A DNA stretch of 64,000 nucleotides from Candidatus Uhrbacteria bacterium (GTDB taxonomy: Bacteria > Patescibacteriota > Patescibacteriia > UBA9934). Below the pieces are notes generated by a model, which saw only the letters and a program-made list of their open reading frames with translations, did not search any database and was not told the DNA's origin. Position 1 is the stretch's first letter. Each line of letters begins with the position of its first letter. The translations under genes were made by a program, and so were the position numbers. Below are positions 19,561 through 29,463 of the stretch, in pieces. Location: the NCBI GenBank assembly GCA_018664485.1, contig JABJOE010000007.1:4353-68352 (forward strand). The letters are read 5' to 3'.

Positions 19561-20685
19561 CTATACCAGATTTATTTTGTCTCCTGGGCGTAAATGCACA
19601 ACTATACTCTGCACTATACCAATCAAAATCATCGATATTAAAAGTGAAGTTCCACCGGCACTCACAAGAGGTAGCGCCACTCCGGTTGTCGGCAGTACAG
19701 CAAGGTTCACACCGATATTTACAACAGACTGAACAACGAAAATAGCAAAAATACCAATCGCTAAAAAGCTTGTAAAGTTATCACGTGCCTGTCGGGCGGC
19801 TGTCAGCATCCTCCACAGCAACACACCAATTGCAGCGAACACCACCATCACACCAATGAACCCTAGTTCCTCTGCGATGACTGCAAAAATAAAGTCAGTC
19901 TGACTCTCTGGCAAAAACTGTAACTGACTCTGAGATCCAAAACCAAGTCCACGTCCGAACAATTGCCCTGAACCAATAGCAATCTTTGCCTGTGCAATGT
20001 TATACCCGCTACCAAGTGGATCCAATGTTGGGTCTAGAAAAACCTGCAATCGTAGACGCTGATAATCGGCAAGTGCAAACATCCATGCAACCCAACCTAA
20101 CAACGCTCCTGCAAATGTGATTATTACAGCGTGATGAACCCGCAGTCCAGCGAAGAACATCACAATCATCCACATACCAATCAACAAAATAGCACTACCA
20201 AGATCCGGCTGCGCAATCGTAAGAACCGTTGGTGCAGCAACCAAAAAACCACTCCCAAATATCTCCTTCCATCCAAAACGGCGACGAGCATGCTCTCCAA
20301 AATATCGAGCTAACTGCACGGCGAGTGCCACCTTCATAAACTCAACGGGCTGAAATGAAACTCCGGCGACAATAAACCAACCTGTCGTTCCGTTGAGCTC
20401 TGTTCCAAAAAACAAAACTAAAACCATCAAAGCGACCCCAACCAAATACAGTGCCCTCCCCCAGCTGCGTAAGAATAGATGATTGAAATTAGCTATAACA
20501 ATCATTACTACTGTAGACACTAGGAAAATCGCTGCATGTTTTTTAACCAGGGCAAACTCTAACGTCTCACGAGATAACTCAACAGAATAAATCGCGGCAA
20601 GCCCAAAAGCGAACAAAACAAAGGTCGCAAGCAAAAGCAACCAGTCAAAACGCTGAAATTCTCGAAAAAACCGACTCGCAATCAT
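19561..20685 (-). CDS. SEDS-family peptidoglycan glycosyltransferase (FtsW/RodA/SpoVE)
   Basis: The protein has 10 TM helices, a large extracytoplasmic loop and conserved SEDS motifs (e.g. GSGYNIAQAKIAIGSGQLFGRG). Confidence 0.85.
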   Translation of the reverse strand: MIASRFFREFQRFDWLLLLATFVLFAFGLAAIYSVELSRETLEFALVKKHAAIFLVSTVVMIVIANFNHLFLRSWGRALYLVGVALMVLVLFFGTELNGTTGWFIVAGVSFQPVEFMKVALAVQLARYFGEHARRRFGWKEIFGSGFLVAAPTVLTIAQPDLGSAILLIGMWMIVMFFAGLRVHHAVIITFAGALLGWVAWMFALADYQRLRLQVFLDPTLDPLGSGYNIAQAKIAIGSGQLFGRGLGFGSQSQLQFLPESQTDFIFAVIAEELGFIGVMVVFAAIGVLLWRMLTAARQARDNFTSFLAIGIFAIFVVQSVVNIGVNLAVLPTTGVALPLVSAGGTSLLISMILIGIVQSIVVHLRPGDKINLV

Positions 20686-20720
20686 ACACGAGTCAGCTTA
20701 TCAAAGTGATAGATTCAAGG

Positions 20721-21674
20721 CTACCTTTCGATACCATCTCTACTGTCCAAGTCATCCCCTCCCTGCTGATCCATGTAAACATCCTCATCAAAGTAATCAA
20801 TAACCGGATAAATCCGTAAATCCTGTGCACTGGTCGGAGCACGCCCAAACCAATTAACTGTCACCTCTCGTATCTCCCCAGCTTCAAAACCTGCGATAGT
20901 GGCTTGATTAACTCCAACAACCGTCCCTCCACGTTCAAGCACGATCCAAAATGGAGTTGACCAATAATTGTACGGGGTATCATTCTCTACCGTGAACATT
21001 GATCGCACGACACTATCTTCTTCTAAAACTATTTTATCTCCATATTCTGATGATGACAGAACAAAATTCTCATGCTCATCCATCCAAGAGTTTATATCAG
21101 CAACCTCGTGTGTATCAACGCGCTGCCAAACTACATCCTCTACAATCAGCTCAGCTTGCGACGGCGAATTCTCAAGAGCAACACTCAACTGAATAAGTGG
21201 ACGCGATTCACTTGGTAGAACGAATCCCGATTCCATATCAGTCACCTCACCATCCTCCGTCTCGAATCCATATTTAAATGTCGCGTACCAATCTTCATTC
21301 CCGTTTTCAATCTCAGAATAAAAATCATATTTACCATCATCAAATGTGATAGCGATAGCATTACTCGTCAGAAGAGCGAACGGAGCGCGCTCCAACGATT
21401 CATCGTGCAAGGAACCAATCTCATTAAACACCTCGGCTACCGATTGCCTATCTGCAAACTGACCAGAAACCAAATACCCAAACACGAAAAATAAAAACAA
21501 TAAAACCAAGATGAGATCAAACAATGCCCATATACCGAGAGCCAAACGTCCAACGATCGGACGAGCATCTATCATCCGAACATTTCGCTGATAATCCTTC
21601 TCTGCCTCCGAAACTTTACGCTGTGCCTCTTGCAGCTGCGTATCGATTGGTGGCTGTTCTTCTTTTTTAGCCAT
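20721..21674 (-). CDS. hypothetical membrane-anchored acidic protein (co-directional with and upstream of the SEDS gene)
   Basis: There is an N-terminal TM helix (LALGIWALFDLILVLLFLFFVFGYLV) followed by an acidic extracytoplasmic domain. No family was recognised. Confidence 0.4.
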   Translation of the reverse strand: MAKKEEQPPIDTQLQEAQRKVSEAEKDYQRNVRMIDARPIVGRLALGIWALFDLILVLLFLFFVFGYLVSGQFADRQSVAEVFNEIGSLHDESLERAPFALLTSNAIAITFDDGKYDFYSEIENGNEDWYATFKYGFETEDGEVTDMESGFVLPSESRPLIQLSVALENSPSQAELIVEDVVWQRVDTHEVADINSWMDEHENFVLSSSEYGDKIVLEEDSVVRSMFTVENDTPYNYWSTPFWIVLERGGTVVGVNQATIAGFEAGEIREVTVNWFGRAPTSAQDLRIYPVIDYFDEDVYMDQQGGDDLDSRDGIER

Positions 21675-21947
21675 AATATTTTAAGTATAGCAAACCATTA
21701 CAAAACGTGGTAAAGTGTCGCCGTTATCATGAATAATAATACCTCACGATAGCACGTTGAAACTAGTCTAGTTTTCCACAAATCGCTGACTGTCTTCACT
21801 ATTGTGCTTCGGCGCAATGTCTGTAGCTACTCAATGATTTGTTGAAAAACATCCTCGACCTTGGCAATTATTAAGGTCGTACCTGACCAAATGTAGAGCT
21901 GAATAAATTGTTCAACGGCTCTTTGACTCTAGAAATACTCATCGCGG

Positions 21948-23999
21948 ATGTATCATTACACTATGCCAAAAAACACAACAAAAAAACCAGCCAAGAACGG
22001 AAAGGCGAAAGAATATAGCGCCAAATCCATTACAGTACTTGAAGGACTAGAACCGGTTCGTAAACGTCCAGGAATGTACATCGGATCAACTGGACCTACG
22101 GGTCTGCACCACATGATCTGGGAGGTTGTCGACAACTCGTTCGATGAGGTTATGGCCGGGCATGCAACAAAGGTTGTAATCCGCATGCAGCCTGACAGCT
22201 GGATTCAAGTTGAAGATGATGGTCGTGGAATCCCTGTCGACATTCACAAAAAGCACAAAGTTTCAGCTTTGGAACTTGTTCTTACAAAACTTCACGCCGG
22301 TGGAAAATTCGGTGGAGAAGAAAGTGGGTACAAAATCTCCGGTGGTCTTCATGGTGTTGGTGTTTCAGTTGTAAACGCCCTATCCACTGAATTACAGGCA
22401 GAAATTCACCGAGATGGATTCACTTGGCATCAGGTTTACAAAAAAGGAAAACCTCAAGGAAAGATCGAGAAAGGAAAAAAGAGCAAACGAAATGCAACTA
22501 TTATTCGGTTTCATCCTGATGATTCAATTTTTGAAACAATCGACTTTGATCACCAAACTGTAATAGACCACCTGCGTCAGCAAACATATCTAACGGCTGG
22601 AGTAGAGGTTGAAATTATCGATGAACGCGGTGACACACCAAAGAACTACGGTTTCTACTTTGAAGGAGGAGTGTCTTCATACGTTCGACATCTCAATAAA
22701 AAGAAAGAAGCAAAACACCCAAGCGTTTTTTACGTAAACAAGTCATACGAAAGTGTGCAGGTGGAACTCGGAGTTCAGTACACTCATGAATATCACGAAG
22801 GAGTTCACTGTTTTGCAAACAACATCACCAACCCCGACGGTGGTACCCACCTTGCCGGTTTCCGCTCTGCCCTCACCCGTTCGCTCAACAACTACGCACG
22901 TGAAAAAGGTTATCTGAAAGAAAAGGACTCAAACCTTACCGGTGAAGATACTCGGGAAGGACTTACGGCTGTTATCAGTATCAAGTTAGCTGAACCTCAA
23001 TTTGAAGGTCAGACAAAAGGAAAGCTTGGAAACCCAGAAGCACGTACGGCCGTGGAATCAGTGTTCGGTGAAGCGTTCAAAGTATTCCTTGAGGAGCATC
23101 CAAAAGACGCAGAGGAAATCATTGGAAAATGTCTTCTCTCGGCTCGAGCACGTGCGGCTGCTCGTGCGGCCCGCGAAACCGTTCTTCGTAAAGGAGCGTT
23201 TGAAGGCCTCATGCTTCCAGGAAAACTCTCAGACTGTTCAAGTAAAGATCCGAGCGTGTCAGAAATCTTCATCGTTGAGGGAGATTCAGCTGGTGGATCC
23301 GCAAAACAAGGACGTGAGCGAAAGTACCAGGCCATCCTTCCACTTCGAGGAAAGATCCTGAACACTGAACGAGCACGATTAGACAAACTACTCACCAACA
23401 ACGAGGTGAAGAACCTAATCATTGCCCTTGGTACAAACATCGGAGAAGGCTTTGACATCACAGGTCTACGATACGATCGCGTAATCATCATGACTGACGC
23501 GGACGTAGACGGAGCCCACATCCGAACATTGCTGCTGACATTATTCTTCCGCTACTTCCCAGAACTTATCCGCGAAGGCCACGTGTACATTGCAATGCCT
23601 CCCCTGTATCGAGTGCAGGTTGGTAAGCAAGCTGAGTACGCTTTCTCTGACGAAGAAAAGGAAGAGATCATTGAAAAGTTCATAAAGAACTCAACTAAAG
23701 GAAAGGCTGCTGCGGCCAAAAAAGAAAGTGCAGAGGATAGTGAAACGATTGAAGCTGAAGTCGTTGAAACGTCAGGTGTAAAGGTAAATATTCAGCGATA
23801 CAAGGGACTTGGTGAAATGAACCCCGGACAGCTCTGGGAAACAACTATGGACCCCGCAACTCGCGTCATGAAGCAGGTAACGATCGACGACGCCGAAGTT
23901 GCAAACGAAACATTTGAGACTCTAATGGGAGCAGAAGTAGCTCCTCGCAAAAAGTTCATCCAATCCAACGCAAAAGAGGTTGTGAACTTGGACGTCTAA
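21948..23999 (+). CDS. gyrB: DNA gyrase subunit B
   Basis: The GHKL ATPase motifs (GLHHMIWEVVDNSFDE, GGLHGVGVSVVNALS), the TOPRIM region (EGDSAGGSAKQGRERKYQAILPLRGKILN) and the C-terminal tail are all present. Confidence 0.9.
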   Translation: MYHYTMPKNTTKKPAKNGKAKEYSAKSITVLEGLEPVRKRPGMYIGSTGPTGLHHMIWEVVDNSFDEVMAGHATKVVIRMQPDSWIQVEDDGRGIPVDIHKKHKVSALELVLTKLHAGGKFGGEESGYKISGGLHGVGVSVVNALSTELQAEIHRDGFTWHQVYKKGKPQGKIEKGKKSKRNATIIRFHPDDSIFETIDFDHQTVIDHLRQQTYLTAGVEVEIIDERGDTPKNYGFYFEGGVSSYVRHLNKKKEAKHPSVFYVNKSYESVQVELGVQYTHEYHEGVHCFANNITNPDGGTHLAGFRSALTRSLNNYAREKGYLKEKDSNLTGEDTREGLTAVISIKLAEPQFEGQTKGKLGNPEARTAVESVFGEAFKVFLEEHPKDAEEIIGKCLLSARARAAARAARETVLRKGAFEGLMLPGKLSDCSSKDPSVSEIFIVEGDSAGGSAKQGRERKYQAILPLRGKILNTERARLDKLLTNNEVKNLIIALGTNIGEGFDITGLRYDRVIIMTDADVDGAHIRTLLLTLFFRYFPELIREGHVYIAMPPLYRVQVGKQAEYAFSDEEKEEIIEKFIKNSTKGKAAAAKKESAEDSETIEAEVVETSGVKVNIQRYKGLGEMNPGQLWETTMDPATRVMKQVTIDDAEVANETFETLMGAEVAPRKKFIQSNAKEVVNLDV

Positions 24000-24017
24000 T
24001 AACATACCAATCCATGA

Positions 24018-24048
24018 CCTCGCCGTTTATCCGGCGGGGTTGTTGATT
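24018..24048 (+). terminator. terminator hairpin after gyrB
   Basis: cctcgccg-tttatc-cggcgggg is followed by a T-rich tract. Confidence 0.4.
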
Positions 24049-24056
24049 ACAATCCC

Positions 24057-24085
24057 TTGACTTTATCGAAAAAAAAGAGTATATT
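24057..24085 (+). promoter_or_regulatory. sigma-70 promoter for secE-nusG (TTGACT-17-TATATT)
   Basis: TTGACT lies at 24057-24062, the 17-nt spacer follows, and TATATT lies at 24080-24085, about 45 nt upstream of the secE ATG. Confidence 0.5.
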
Positions 24086-24130
24086 TTTCGCATCGGCCCC
24101 CAACAGGGCTTTTTAAAAATCTTCAATTAT

Positions 24131-24337
24131 ATGGCATCTAAGACAAAAAAGAAGGCAAACCTCCTTAGCTACCTTCGGGAGTCAAAGGAAGAGCTCAACA
24201 AAGTTACGTGGCCAACACAGAAGGAAACAGTGCGCTACTCAATCATCGTAATTGTAGCCAGCCTTGCGATCGCCGTGTATTTCGGAGTTATCGATTATCT
24301 ATTAAACCTAGGGCTCGAAGCCCTATTGTCACTCTAG
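24131..24337 (+). CDS. secE: preprotein translocase subunit SecE
   Basis: A 68-aa protein with a single TM helix lies immediately upstream of nusG, and the KETVRYSIIV motif is conserved. Confidence 0.8.
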   Translation: MASKTKKKANLLSYLRESKEELNKVTWPTQKETVRYSIIVIVASLAIAVYFGVIDYLLNLGLEALLSL

Positions 24338-24341
24338 TTTT

Positions 24342-24887
24342 ATGGCAAAACAAACCTCGGCATACGGCCGGCGCTGGTACGCAATCCACACATATTCTGG
24401 ATATGAGGAGAACGTATCGGAAGGACTCCACCAACGTTTAGAAACAATGGACGTAGAAGATCAAATTTTTGCAGTCCTCGTTCCAAAAGAAAAGAAGATC
24501 AAAATCAAAAACGGAAAACGTAAAGTTGTCGAAGAGAAAATCTTCCCTGGATACGTGCTCGTTGAGATGATCGTTACTGACCAATCTTGGTACGTGGTTC
24601 GAAACACGCCAAACGTAACAGGATTCATCGGAGCTGGAACTACCCCTACCCCGATTGCAGAAGAAGAAATGGAATCACTCATGAAACGAATGGGTGTTGA
24701 GGAGCCAGAGTTTACTGTTGATATCGCAAAGGGTGATGCCGTTAACATTACCGACGGACCATTCAAAGGTCAGCAAGGTAAAGTTAGTGAGGTTGACGCT
24801 CAGCGCGGAAAGGTAAAGGTTCTCGTTTCAATGTTTGGACGAGAGACTCCAGTGGAGCTGGACTTCCTCCAGGTCAAAAAAATCTAG
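24342..24887 (+). CDS. nusG: transcription termination/antitermination factor NusG
   Basis: The NGN domain (YAIHTYSGYEENV) and the C-terminal KOW domain (GDAVNITDGPFKGQQGKVSEV) are both present. Confidence 0.9.
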   Translation: MAKQTSAYGRRWYAIHTYSGYEENVSEGLHQRLETMDVEDQIFAVLVPKEKKIKIKNGKRKVVEEKIFPGYVLVEMIVTDQSWYVVRNTPNVTGFIGAGTTPTPIAEEEMESLMKRMGVEEPEFTVDIAKGDAVNITDGPFKGQQGKVSEVDAQRGKVKVLVSMFGRETPVELDFLQVKKI

Positions 24888-25030
24888 AAGAATCTACTAA
24901 TCTGGCGCATAGCTGTGTCGAAATCTACGTTTGTAGCTTAACGTACGTATTAGTACGTCTGCGCCACAAGCCTCAATTTCTCCTTGCTCTGCATCCAGCT
25001 GAATAAATTCTCTGCGAATACATCAAACAT

Positions 25031-25077
25031 AAAAACCGCCTGCCCGGCTCCGCCGTGGCCTTAGGGCGGTTTTTTGA
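25031..25077 (+). terminator. rho-independent terminator downstream of nusG
   Basis: aaaaccgcc...ggcggtttttt forms a long GC-rich hairpin with a U-tract. Confidence 0.5.
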
Positions 25078-25263
25078 ATAATACGCATATATTAAGCCGA
25101 AATGAGCAGTATCTATATGAGCATGAAAGACAGGCTCCAAATAGCACCAAAAACTATTGACAAAATAGGCACTTAAAGCTAATATTCGCGCACTAATAAA
25201 CGAGGTGGTTGCCTTTACAGGAATCCACTAGAGCCCTTAACTGGGTAATAAACACTGACTCGT

Positions 25264-25686
25264 ATGGCAAAGAAGATTTTAACAATCGTTAAGGTTCAAG
25301 CTATCGGAGGAGCGGCAACGCCTGCCCCACCACTTGGACCAACACTTTCTCAGCACGGAGTAAACATCCAGCAGTTCGTAAACGACTTCAACAACGCAAC
25401 TCAAGATCGCCGAGGTGACGTTGTTCCTGCTGTGATTACAATCTATGAGGATCGTTCATTCGACTTCATCCTAAAGACCCCTCCAGCATCCGCTCTCATC
25501 AAGAAGGCGGCAAAAATCAAAAAGGGATCTGGAAAACCAAATACTGACAAGGTTGGTACAATTACAAAGGATCAGCTGCGTGAAATCGCTGAAATCAAAA
25601 TCCCTGACCTCAACACAAACGATGTTGAAGCAGCAATGAAGATTGTTGCGGGGACTTGTAAGCAAATGGGAGTCGAGGTTCGATAA
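25264..25686 (+). CDS. rplK: 50S ribosomal protein L11
   Basis: [35 protein letters not shown] is the canonical L11 N-terminus. Confidence 0.9.
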   Translation: MAKKILTIVKVQAIGGAATPAPPLGPTLSQHGVNIQQFVNDFNNATQDRRGDVVPAVITIYEDRSFDFILKTPPASALIKKAAKIKKGSGKPNTDKVGTITKDQLREIAEIKIPDLNTNDVEAAMKIVAGTCKQMGVEVR

Positions 25687-25752
25687 GTGATGAAGTGTGC
25701 GCTATACTAAACGCATACATCACTAACAGATCCACCGTAAACAATTCTGTAT

Positions 25753-26187
25753 ATGAAAGAAGTTACCTCGTTCATCGTTCGCCTGTACTTTGCAGTAATC
25801 TCAGCAGTCACCTTCTTCACTCTAATGTTCTCATCTGTAGGACTGATTGAAACGGGACTGAAAACATGGGTCTTCCCATCTGCAGATGTGCCAAGTTGGC
25901 TCGAGACATGCTCAGACGCTGGTATCAAGTCCGAGAGAATCTACATGACAGATTCTGAAGTTACTGACGAAGAGCTTGTAATACAGTGTGAAGCTCGAAA
26001 TGAACAGTCGTGGGAAAGCCACGGTCGAGACAAAGCGAGTAGAGCGGTTGATAACCTCGCGCTTCTCATCGTGAGCGTTCCACTATTCCTTCTACACTTC
26101 CGCTTCCTGTACCGAGATTGGCAACGTCTACAAGGACATAAGCCAAAAGCGAAGCACAAAAAAGAAGACAATCATAAAAAACACTAA
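25753..26187 (+). CDS. hypothetical 2-TM membrane protein inserted between rplK and rplA
   Basis: It has two hydrophobic helices and a Lys/His-rich tail, with normal GC. It occupies the position where L11 and L1 are normally adjacent. Confidence 0.4.
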   Translation: MKEVTSFIVRLYFAVISAVTFFTLMFSSVGLIETGLKTWVFPSADVPSWLETCSDAGIKSERIYMTDSEVTDEELVIQCEARNEQSWESHGRDKASRAVDNLALLIVSVPLFLLHFRFLYRDWQRLQGHKPKAKHKKEDNHKKH

Positions 26188-26231
26188 TACTAATCGTGGG
26201 AGCCTCCGGGCGCTTGAACCACTAAACGCGT

Positions 26232-26921
26232 ATGAAGCATTCAAAACGATTCAAAGAAGTAGCTAAGGCGGTTGAGACAGATAAGCACTACCCTCTTACT
26301 GAGGCGATTGCTCTTGCAAAGACCAATGCAACAGCAAAGTTCGATGAAACAATCGAGATCTGTATGAATCTCGGAATTGATCCGAAGCAGAGTGATCAGC
26401 AGATCCGTCCAACAGTTGTACTACCTCACGGAACTGGAAAAAACGTACGTGTTGCAGCATTCGTAGACTCTGCAAACGAAACAGCTGCAAAGGAAGCTGG
26501 TGCTGATATTATCGGAACTGAAGAGGTTATCGATAAAATCGTAAAGAAAGGTATCATCGACTTTGACGTAGCCGTTGCAGTCCCTACTATGATGGTAAAG
26601 CTCGCAAAGGCTGCTCGAGTACTTGGACCACGTGGGCTAATGCCAAACCCTAAGACTGATACAGTCGGGATGGACATTGCAAAGATGGTTAAAGAGCAGA
26701 AAGGTGGAAAAGTTTCTTTCAAACTTGATAACACCTCAAACATTCACTTGATCGTTGGAAAAGCGTCATTTGAAGAAAAGCAGCTTATGGAAAATACTTC
26801 TGTGGTCGTTGAGGCGATCAAGAAGGCGAAGCCAGCCGCTGCAAAGGGTATCTACATCAAGTCAGCTACAATCACCTCAAGCATGGGGCCAGCTGTACGA
26901 ATTGATACTTCAACCCTCTAA
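26232..26921 (+). CDS. rplA: 50S ribosomal protein L1
   Basis: The sequence includes KRFKEVAKAVETDKHYPLTEAIALAK...IRPTVVLPHGTGKNVRVAAF. Confidence 0.9.
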   Translation: MKHSKRFKEVAKAVETDKHYPLTEAIALAKTNATAKFDETIEICMNLGIDPKQSDQQIRPTVVLPHGTGKNVRVAAFVDSANETAAKEAGADIIGTEEVIDKIVKKGIIDFDVAVAVPTMMVKLAKAARVLGPRGLMPNPKTDTVGMDIAKMVKEQKGGKVSFKLDNTSNIHLIVGKASFEEKQLMENTSVVVEAIKKAKPAAAKGIYIKSATITSSMGPAVRIDTSTL

Positions 26922-26945
26922 ACTAGACTCCAATTTAGACGCAAA

Positions 26946-26972
26946 AACAGGGCTTTTCCGGCCCTTTTTTGC
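26946..26972 (+). terminator. rho-independent terminator after rplA
   Basis: agggc-ttttccg-gccct is followed by TTTTT. Confidence 0.5.
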
Positions 26973-26982
26973 TATCTAGAGG

Positions 26983-27011
26983 TTGACAAAAGTGCTAAAA
27001 TATGCTATTAT
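26983..27011 (+). promoter_or_regulatory. near-consensus sigma-70 promoter (TTGACA-17-TATTAT)
   Basis: TTGACA lies at 26983-26988 and TATTAT at 27006-27011. It sits about 110 nt upstream of the GC-rich ORF at 27122. Confidence 0.55.
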
Positions 27012-27121
27012 ATAAGGGTTAAGTGGTTCCCCGACTATCTGGAATCCGCCCAAGATGTACGGGTTAATGCACATCAAACACAGATCGTTATTCGCCTCTT
27101 CATTGAGTCAGCTAACAGTCT

Positions 27122-27601
27122 GTGTTTTGTTCTAGGCTTCTCTTAGGGCCATTCCTTGAGATGAACCTAGAACGCGTAAAAACGTTCGCAACAACAAGGA
27201 GTGCAATGCACCCCGTCTCAATTTGGCTGCTTAGCAGCCTTCCTCGCATCGTGGTCGGGTACACGAAGTTCATTCTGAGCGTACTCTCCACGCGGTCCTG
27301 GAAGCAGAGCCTAGCCGCCCTGCTGATCATCGGAATCGCAGAATTCGGTATTGGCTGGTTCGTCGGCTGGATTCCTGCCTACGAGATTGCCGTGACCTTG
27401 GTCACGGTCCCCTTCCTCATGGATCTGATCCTTCGCCTGGTGAACCGCCAAGTGATGCTCGGTCACATCGAGCAAGGAAGTGTGGACAACGCGATTGAGC
27501 AGGCCCTCGACCTTCTCGCCGCATTGGCACTTCTCGAGTCCAAGAAAGGACTTGCAAAGACTTCTGGATCCTCCAAGGTTGTCCAGAAAGCCGCGGTCTG
27601 A
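27122..27601 (+). CDS. hypothetical membrane protein encoded on a GC-rich (~56%) cassette with its own promoter and terminator
   Basis: It has two or three TM helices, and its codons are GC3-rich (ctg, gcc, ggc, atc), unlike neighbouring genes. An alternative start is MNLERV at about 27160. Confidence 0.4.
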   Translation: MFCSRLLLGPFLEMNLERVKTFATTRSAMHPVSIWLLSSLPRIVVGYTKFILSVLSTRSWKQSLAALLIIGIAEFGIGWFVGWIPAYEIAVTLVTVPFLMDLILRLVNRQVMLGHIEQGSVDNAIEQALDLLAALALLESKKGLAKTSGSSKVVQKAAV

Positions 27602-27625
27602 TCATCAACCTCAACAATCAGTACG

Positions 27626-27663
27626 GCCCGTCTCCTCTGGAGCGGGCCGTGTTTGTTTCTTGC
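27626..27663 (+). terminator. rho-independent terminator (cggcccg...cgggccg + U-tract)
   Basis: A perfect 7-bp GC stem is followed by tgtttgtttctt. Confidence 0.55.
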
Positions 27664-27696
27664 TCAGCCCCCGTCCACATGTTAAGATTTTCGCGT

Positions 27697-28350
27697 ATGA
27701 TTTTGACCCGACAAGACATCCTAGACCGCATTAAAAAGAACGATCTCGGCTTTTCTCCGAACCTCGACCAATTCCAACTTCAGCCACATGCGGTCGACCT
27801 GCGACTTGGATACAAATTTCTCATTCCAAAAAACTGGGTCCTCACAGACGAAGGACGTAAAGCTCTAAAAGTCTCTATTGAGCAAGATGGTTTTCACCAC
27901 GAACAGTTCGAAGAAGTTATTTTAAAACCAGGACAATATTTCGATCTACTGCCAAACGAATTCGTGATCGGAACAAGTCTCGAGAATATCGAAATGAATG
28001 CGCCGGATCTTATGGCGATTCTTTTCCCTCGTACTTCCACAAACCGTCGCGGAATCAACCTTTCTCTTTCTGGAATAATCGACACCGGTTATCACGGTAA
28101 TCTTATCTTCCCAATGAAGAACGAAGCTGGTGACCAAGTATTACGGCTATATCCCGGTGAGCGTGTTTGCCAAGTTGTGTTTGAAGAATTGAAGCAGCCA
28201 CTATCACAAGAAGAAGCTAATCTGCACGGAATGAGTCAAGCGAAATATTCCCACTCAGGTGAGCCAAAATTTAAAATAGATAAATCCGACGAAACAGAAC
28301 TCCTCACAAAGGGAGATCTTGATGAGTTGAAGAAACGTTTTAGCATATGA
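27697..28350 (+). CDS. dcd: dCTP deaminase-family protein (dUTPase-like fold)
   Basis: MILTRQDILDRIK..., PHAVDLRLGY and the C-terminal GYHGNLIFPMKNEAGDQVLRLYPGERVCQVVF follow the dCTP deaminase pattern. The start was moved to the Met at 27697. Confidence 0.75.
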   Translation: MILTRQDILDRIKKNDLGFSPNLDQFQLQPHAVDLRLGYKFLIPKNWVLTDEGRKALKVSIEQDGFHHEQFEEVILKPGQYFDLLPNEFVIGTSLENIEMNAPDLMAILFPRTSTNRRGINLSLSGIIDTGYHGNLIFPMKNEAGDQVLRLYPGERVCQVVFEELKQPLSQEEANLHGMSQAKYSHSGEPKFKIDKSDETELLTKGDLDELKKRFSI

Positions 28351-28898
28351 AGTATCCAACAAAACAGGCCTTCCGACCCGCCTGGGATGACTACTTCATG
28401 AGCATGGCATACATGGCCGCCGAACGATCTACATGTGACAGACTCCGCTCTGGCGCGATCCTTGTAAAGGACAAGCGCGTTATCGGCAGTGGTTACAATG
28501 GATCACCTCCCAAAATGGAACACTGCGATGATGTCGGCCACCTAATGCACGAAGGACATTGCATTAGAACTCTTCATGCAGAAGAAAATACTTTACTCCA
28601 AGCTGCCCGTCTTGGAACTTCAACAAACGGATCTACAATATACTCAATATATTCACCTTGCTATCACTGTCTTAAAAAGTTGATTGCAGGTGGCGTTAAA
28701 CGTATCGTTGCAGCACATGTTTATCGTGATACACGCGTCTCAGATGCATGCGTCGAGGCTGGCGTAATGTATGACCGATATACTCCCAACGGTGAGTGGC
28801 TCGACTACCTTGTAGAACTTTATAAAATATTACCTCGAGAGAAAACCTCCGAAGTTAAGTCTAGTGACACCGGTGAAAAAAACTACGAAAGCGAGTAG
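28347..28898 (+). CDS. dCMP deaminase (cytidine/deoxycytidylate deaminase zinc-binding family)
   Basis: The HAEENTLLQAA...PCYHCLKKLIAGGVKRIV zinc-binding motifs (H-A-E and PC..C) are present. The gene overlaps dcd by 4 nt. Confidence 0.8.
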   Translation: MKYPTKQAFRPAWDDYFMSMAYMAAERSTCDRLRSGAILVKDKRVIGSGYNGSPPKMEHCDDVGHLMHEGHCIRTLHAEENTLLQAARLGTSTNGSTIYSIYSPCYHCLKKLIAGGVKRIVAAHVYRDTRVSDACVEAGVMYDRYTPNGEWLDYLVELYKILPREKTSEVKSSDTGEKNYESE

Positions 28899-29389
28899 TA
28901 CAACAATACAGACTGATCCCCTATTTTTTCAACCGACTCAAGTTTTGTATCAATGCGATCAAAATCGGTCGCCAAATTTTTTCCATTTCCAAATAAAATC
29001 GGTTCAACCGTCACGTACAGATCGGTCAGTAATCCTTCTTTGAGAAATAGTGAGTATATCTCTCCCCCACCAATAACTGCGACCTCCTCAAACCCCCTAC
29101 CTTTCAAATCTTCCAAAATAAGTTGTGGAGACTGATCGGTAAATTCAATAGCACCGGTAATACCTTCATATTTTGAAGGTTCTTTTGTCATTACAATCAT
29201 CAATCGTTCCGCTAGCGGCTTTCCGATCGTCTCATAAGTTTTACGACCTACAATAACAACTCCGGCATTTTTCGTTACACGTTTAAAAACCTTTAAATCA
29301 TCTTTTGATGCCCAGTCCAATGACCGCTGACTTGGACGTTGAGCAATCATGCCGTTAATAGAGATCGCGGCAATACCAACAACTTTCAT
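28883..29389 (-). CDS. dihydrofolate reductase-like protein (RibD C-terminal/DHFR-family)
   Basis: AISINGMIA...VIVGRKTYETIGKPLAERLMIVMT...VIGGGEIYSLFL is the DHFR-fold pattern, but the canonical FolA LPW motif is absent. Confidence 0.55.
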   Translation of the reverse strand: MKVVGIAAISINGMIAQRPSQRSLDWASKDDLKVFKRVTKNAGVVIVGRKTYETIGKPLAERLMIVMTKEPSKYEGITGAIEFTDQSPQLILEDLKGRGFEEVAVIGGGEIYSLFLKEGLLTDLYVTVEPILFGNGKNLATDFDRIDTKLESVEKIGDQSVLLYYSLS

Positions 29390-29463
29390 ACATATTTATT
29401 TTATTCACAATCGTCGTCTACATAATATACCTGCATACGAAATGTATACAGGTATTATTATTT

